From NCBI GenBank assembly GCA_022711075.1, contig JAKLFS010000001.1, positions 3,859 through 44,135 on the forward strand: a DNA stretch of 40,277 bases, written 5' to 3'. Source of the stretch: Patescibacteria group bacterium (GTDB lineage: Bacteria; Patescibacteriota; Minisyncoccia; UBA6257; JAAZHW01). Shown piece by piece: positions 35,934 through 40,277 of the stretch. Numbering within the stretch: the first letter of the stretch is position 1; every line of letters begins with the position of its first letter. Both the position numbers and the translations under genes were made by a program. Under the pieces are notes generated by a model. The model did no database searches, was not told where the DNA came from, and was given only the letters and a program-made list of their open reading frames with translations.

Positions 35934-36394
35934 TCTACGGAAACGATTTTATACTTCATCAGCCCGGCTGGCGTTTGAACTTCCACTTCCTCGCCGATTT
36001 TCCGGCCCAAAAACGCTTTTCCCAGAGGCGATTCGTTGGAAATCAAATTTTGTTTCGGATCCGAATCATAAGAGCCGAGAATGGTAAATTCCTTGATTCC
36101 GCCGGGGCCGCTGACCCTCACTTTGGAGCCGACCGCAATCTCGCCGGATATTCCCTTGGCGCCGTTCTTAATGATTTCCGCCGAACCCAAAATGGATTCC
36201 AGTTCCAAAATCCGGTTTTCATTAGCCAATTGAATTTCTTTGGCCGCCGCATAATCGGCGTTCTCTGAAAGATCGCCATGCTCTTTGGCCCGCTTCAAAC
36301 GCTCGCCAATTTCCAGCCGCTGATTTGTCTGACGGTCTTTTAGTTCGGCCCTTAATTCCTTCTCTTTTTCGTTGGTCAGATAAACTTTATTCAT
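35930..36394 (-). CDS. greA: Transcription elongation factor GreA
   Basis: LT.E....L..EL..., DLSENADYAAAKE, and the C-terminal FKBP-like domain ISNESPLGKAFLGRKIGEEVEV. The ATG at 36394 is preferred. Confidence 0.9.
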   Translation of the reverse strand: MNKVYLTNEKEKELRAELKDRQTNQRLEIGERLKRAKEHGDLSENADYAAAKEIQLANENRILELESILGSAEIIKNGAKGISGEIAVGSKVRVSGPGGIKEFTILGSYDSDPKQNLISNESPLGKAFLGRKIGEEVEVQTPAGLMKYKIVSVE

Positions 36395-36399
36395 AAATA

Positions 36400-38334
36400 T
36401 TATAATCCTCGATTTTGATAATACCATAAAAGGCCGTCCTTGACCACTGGAATAGCGTTTAATGACCCTTCTCTGGCATTTTCAATCAGAACCAGAAGTG
36501 ATATTTTTGGTTGGTCCGCCGGAGCGAAAGCGAAAAACAAAGCATTGACCTTGGTATTCGCTTCAATCTGCGCCGTGCCGCTTTTGCCGCCGGAAGTAAA
36601 CGGCAAACCGCTCAAACTGTAACCGGTGCCCTGCGGGCTGCTGACGGTTTGAGTCATTGCCTTTTTAAGGGTCGCGACGGTTTCCGGTTTCAAGAAATTT
36701 TCCAAAAGCGCTTCGGGTTTACTCTCTTTAATTATTTCGCCGTCAGCATCGGAAATGCTCTGCAAGAGATACGGCTTCATAATCTTCCCGCCGTTAACCA
36801 AAGAATTAAGATCGATCAAAAGACGAAGCGGAGTCACCAATAAATCACCCTGGCCGATACTGACGTGATAAGTGTCGCCAATACGCCAAATGTCCCCTTT
36901 TTTATTTTCCGGACTGGGAATAAAACCGACGTCCTCATTAGTCAAATCGATACCGCTTAACTCATCAAACCCGAACTTCTTCAGATAGCTATCGATGCGG
37001 CTAATGCCCAATCCCGCAATGTCGCCAAAACCGCCGCCCAGCGTGTAAAAATAAACGTTGCTGGAACGAGCGATGGCGTCAAACATATTAACAGAGCCGT
37101 GATTTTTCCAGTCCACGAAAACAGAGGGATGATCCGGGTTATACGGATTAGGAATGCTGATGGATCCGTGAGTTTCAATTTTTTTATTCGGATCCATTAT
37201 TCCTTCCTCCAAGCCAGCGGCAGCCATAATCGGCTTAATGGTTGAACCGGGATTGTATAAACCCGTTACCGTTCTGTTAAATAACGGTTTGCTTTTGGAA
37301 TTCAATAAGGCGTTAAAATCCTCCTGAGAAATTCCCTCGCTGAAGCTATTGGCATTAAAACCCGGGTAACTGACTAAGGCCAGGACCGCGCCGCTCTTTG
37401 AATCAATGGCAATGGCCAATCCTCCCCGCTCGCCGCCCAAACCACTGATTTGGCTGCGCAATCTGTTATACAAATATTCCTGAAATTCCTTATCAATGGT
37501 CAGATACAAATTATTCCCGTTTTTGGGCTGCTCGCCGTAACTCTGTCCCAAAATTTCCATGGCCGCATTGCGTAAAATAGTTATCTGGCCGGGCTGACCC
37601 CTTAATTCTTTCTCATAAACCGCTTCTATTCCCACTTTGCCGATCCTTTCAAAATCCAACAAATCCGGATCCTTCTCCAAATCAACCGAGGAAACTCTTC
37701 CCAGATAACCGAGCAGATGGCTGAAAACAAACGGCTCCTCATACTGACGGACGTTTTGCCGAATCACCTGAACGGCAGCCGTACCGCCAAAATAGCTTTC
37801 CAAAACGATTGCCTCTTGGCTGGTCAAATCTGGCTTCAGAACCCAGCTGCGCAAAAAGAATTCCGGATTATTAATACCGGCCTCCAATTCTTGAGACGGA
37901 ATTTTTAAGGTGTCTTCAATTTTTTTAAGAACTTCCTGCCGCTTAACGGCGTCCGTGGGCAAATAATTCGGAAAAAAAATCAAATCAAAAACCGGCTTAT
38001 TATATAACAGCGGTTTTCCATTGCGGTCGTAAATTAGACCCCGCTCAGCCGGAATAGAAATATATTTCAGAGAATTCCTTTCCGCCGAAGCTTTAAAATA
38101 ATCTCCTTTAATTATCCCTAAATAGAAGACCGTTCCGATGCTAATCAGCAAAAAAAGCGAAAGCAAATAAGAAATAGAGCGAATGCCCCATCGCCCCACC
38201 TCCACCTCCAGCCTTTGGATATTTTCATCTGGTCCCAGCCGGGAAAGCGCCTCCTTATTGAAAAGCACTTCTTCCGGCTCCAAAAAATCGCTTTTCCTTT
38301 TGACTTTTCTGTATTTTCTAAAATTTAGCCGCAT
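36400..38334 (-). CDS. mrdA: Penicillin-binding protein 2 (elongasome transpeptidase)
   Basis: STIKP, SSN and KSGT motifs; N-terminal TM. The ATG at 38334 is preferred over the TTG at 38382. Confidence 0.85.
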   Translation of the reverse strand: MRLNFRKYRKVKRKSDFLEPEEVLFNKEALSRLGPDENIQRLEVEVGRWGIRSISYLLSLFLLISIGTVFYLGIIKGDYFKASAERNSLKYISIPAERGLIYDRNGKPLLYNKPVFDLIFFPNYLPTDAVKRQEVLKKIEDTLKIPSQELEAGINNPEFFLRSWVLKPDLTSQEAIVLESYFGGTAAVQVIRQNVRQYEEPFVFSHLLGYLGRVSSVDLEKDPDLLDFERIGKVGIEAVYEKELRGQPGQITILRNAAMEILGQSYGEQPKNGNNLYLTIDKEFQEYLYNRLRSQISGLGGERGGLAIAIDSKSGAVLALVSYPGFNANSFSEGISQEDFNALLNSKSKPLFNRTVTGLYNPGSTIKPIMAAAGLEEGIMDPNKKIETHGSISIPNPYNPDHPSVFVDWKNHGSVNMFDAIARSSNVYFYTLGGGFGDIAGLGISRIDSYLKKFGFDELSGIDLTNEDVGFIPSPENKKGDIWRIGDTYHVSIGQGDLLVTPLRLLIDLNSLVNGGKIMKPYLLQSISDADGEIIKESKPEALLENFLKPETVATLKKAMTQTVSSPQGTGYSLSGLPFTSGGKSGTAQIEANTKVNALFFAFAPADQPKISLLVLIENAREGSLNAIPVVKDGLLWYYQNRGL

Positions 38335-38818
38335 GCTCTTTTTTAATATTAGTCCCCAGCAAAAAAAGTCCGCCAAAAACAAACGTCAGCGCTCCATTAA
38401 TGGCCATTTCCAAAAGTTGGCGCCAACTCAAAAAATAATCAAAAAAATTATAGTGGAAAAGCAAATAGCTTAAACTGGTGTACAAAAAGTTGAAAATCGC
38501 CGTACCTAAAATACTAAAAGACAGAAGTGATAGAAAATGATGGCTCGCCACGTATTTTTTCCCTAAAAGCCAAAAAATTAAAAAGGTCAGGATGAAAACA
38601 ACAGTGTTCAGACCCCAAAAATAATCGCTCGCATCATAAACCAATCCGCCCAAAGCCGCTGAAAAAACCAGGGTGAGGAAATTGCCGGTAAATAGCAAAA
38701 TTGACAGTCCCACCAAAATCAGATTCGGCTTGACGCCAAAAATCGCCAATTTCGGCACTACGGTAATCTGCAGTAGCGCTAAAATAAAAATGAAAATAAC
38801 CGGGAGAATTTTTCTCAT
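38318..38818 (-). CDS. mreD: Rod shape-determining protein MreD
   Basis: 166 aa, five hydrophobic helices, and a position between mreC and mrdA. Confidence 0.75.
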   Translation of the reverse strand: MRKILPVIFIFILALLQITVVPKLAIFGVKPNLILVGLSILLFTGNFLTLVFSAALGGLVYDASDYFWGLNTVVFILTFLIFWLLGKKYVASHHFLSLLSFSILGTAIFNFLYTSLSYLLFHYNFFDYFLSWRQLLEMAINGALTFVFGGLFLLGTNIKKEHAAKF

Positions 38819-38839
38819 ATAATATTTTATTAAGCGGAA

Positions 38840-39643
38840 CTACCTGATTATCAAAACCTCCTCCAGCTCATTCCAATGGAAGGGTAGCCCCACCTCCACT
38901 TCCTGAAAAACTTTCCCCTCCAGATTTTTCACCCTTTTCACTTCGCCCAGATAAAGGCCGCGCGGAAACTTTTTGTCCAAACCCGAAGTAATAATGCGAT
39001 CGCCAACGGAAATATTGACTTTGGCCGGAACCAAATCCAATTGGGCCGGTTCCAAACCATTGCCCTTAAAAACCGCCTCAGTCCTGCTCTCGCCTACAAA
39101 AACTGCCGCTCGGAATTCCCCATCGCTCGCCGCCCTGATTTCGCTGCTGTCAGAAGCAACATCCCGCACCTCACCAACCAAAACTTGGCCGGCCCAGATA
39201 ACCGCCTGCCCGGCTTTGATTTCCCCACTCGTTCCCTGATTAATTGTAAAGCTTTGAGAAAAATTTAAAGGCGAACGACTGATCACATCGGCTAAGATAA
39301 AATCAAAATTCTGCCGGCTTTTTATTTTTAACGCTTCGCGCAAAGTCTCATTTTCCGCTTTTATCTCCACATAGCCGCTCAAAATTGATTTCAAAGTTTG
39401 ATTCTGAATAAGCAGTTTCTCGTTTTCTTTTTTTAAATTTTCCGAATTCAAAATGCCGCTAAAAACATCGGCAAGCGTGTCGGTAACTCTTAAAAGATAG
39501 CCGTGCACCGGATTCAAAATTTGGCCCACCCACCCTTGATTGGCTGCCGAACTTTTTTCACCCGTCACGGCAAAAAGGATGAGGCCGCAAACAATAACCG
39601 CAAGAAATAAGCTGATTTTTTTAGCCCTTTGATTTTTCCTCAT
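38840..39643 (-). CDS. mreC: Rod shape-determining protein MreC
   Basis: N-terminal TM, a coiled coil, and beta-barrel motifs (VGEV..., GLYLGEV). Confidence 0.85.
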   Translation of the reverse strand: MRKNQRAKKISLFLAVIVCGLILFAVTGEKSSAANQGWVGQILNPVHGYLLRVTDTLADVFSGILNSENLKKENEKLLIQNQTLKSILSGYVEIKAENETLREALKIKSRQNFDFILADVISRSPLNFSQSFTINQGTSGEIKAGQAVIWAGQVLVGEVRDVASDSSEIRAASDGEFRAAVFVGESRTEAVFKGNGLEPAQLDLVPAKVNISVGDRIITSGLDKKFPRGLYLGEVKRVKNLEGKVFQEVEVGLPFHWNELEEVLIIR

Positions 39644-40277
39644 AAATCAGAATGTTCTTGTATTTATCCAAATCTTCCAAAATCATCCCTGTTCCGCGAA
39701 CGACGGCCGTTAAAGGATCGTCCACCAATTGGACCGGGATCTCGCAATAATCTTCAATTAATTTATCCAGACCCCTCAGCAAACTGCCGCCGCCTGAAAG
39801 CCAGATATTTTTCACGTAGATGTCGGCTACCAATTCCGGCGGCGTCTCTTCGATAATGGAATGAATGGCTTCAATCAAAGTCTTCAACGATTTGTCCAGA
39901 GCCTTGGCAATTTCCTGGCTGCTGATTATGACTTCCTTGGGCAAACCGGTGGAAAGGTCTCGGCCGCGAATGGCTGTCTCCAATTTCTCGCTTAAGGGCT
40001 TGGCTGAACCGATGTTAATCTTCGCCTGCTCGGCTGTCGGCTCGCCTATCAACAAACGATATTCTTCCCGTACGTATTTGATGATGTCATCGTTGAATTT
40101 TTGACCGGCTATTTTCAAACTGCGCGAACGGACAATCCCGCCCAAAGAAATCACTGCCACCTCGGCCGTTCCGCCGCCGATATCCACGATGATGTTGCCG
40201 CTCGGCTCAAAAATCGGCAAACGCGACCCGACAGCCGCAGCCATCGGCTCTTCAATCAGATAAACTTGGCCGGCGCC
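39621..40277 (-). CDS. mreB: Rod shape-determining protein MreB, C-terminal part (N-terminus lies beyond the window end)
   Basis: The frame is open to the window edge (…GAGQVYLIEEPMAAAVGS…); DIGGGTAEVAVISLGG and LSGGGSLLRGLD. Confidence 0.92.
   Translation of the reverse strand, partial: GAGQVYLIEEPMAAAVGSRLPIFEPSGNIIVDIGGGTAEVAVISLGGIVRSRSLKIAGQKFNDDIIKYVREEYRLLIGEPTAEQAKINIGSAKPLSEKLETAIRGRDLSTGLPKEVIISSQEIAKALDKSLKTLIEAIHSIIEETPPELVADIYVKNIWLSGGGSLLRGLDKLIEDYCEIPVQLVDDPLTAVVRGTGMILEDLDKYKNILIYEEKSKG

Overview
The window looks like chromosome from a small-genome Patescibacteria/CPR-type bacterium. This is inferred from a divergent 16S and compact, mostly abutting genes. All domain calls come from motif recognition by eye; no searches were run.

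Gene content:
- Housekeeping genes: ndk, gpmI, leuS, folD, serS, lysS, greA, mrdA-mreDCB, ftsQ and comF, plus a GT-C glycosyltransferase.
- Type IV pilus locus 1 (about 2.8-14.8 kb, minus strand): a CheY-like regulator, a major pilin, an unknown 5-6-TM protein, PilB, a pilin fused to a LamG/lectin-like module, PilC and three minor pilins. It also encodes a 946-aa cysteine-rich protein with seven tandem FN3 units and a PilM-PilN-like fusion.
- Type IV pilus locus 2 (about 23.0-31.3 kb, minus strand): a canonical pilM-N-O-(small protein)-pilB-pilT-pilC-pilA-pilD set, divergent from comF.
- One 16S rRNA gene (about 15074-16594, minus strand), which forms its own transcription unit.

Most notable observations:
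1. The 16S 3' tail lacks the anti-Shine-Dalgarno CCUCC, and about 30 inspected start codons almost all lack SD motifs.
2. Locus 1 has modular adhesin-like components: the pilin-LamG fusion, the FN3 giant in a PilY1-like position, and the orphan membrane protein.
3. A perfect GTTATCCACA (DnaA-box) 10-mer occurs three times, only in intergenic promoter regions.
4. A low-GC GIY-YIG mini-ORF sits between lysS and serS, bracketed by an 18-bp inverted repeat.
5. A structured noncoding element with its own extended -10 promoter and terminator lies at about 1.86-2.02 kb.

No CRISPR array, tRNA gene or rRNA intron was seen.
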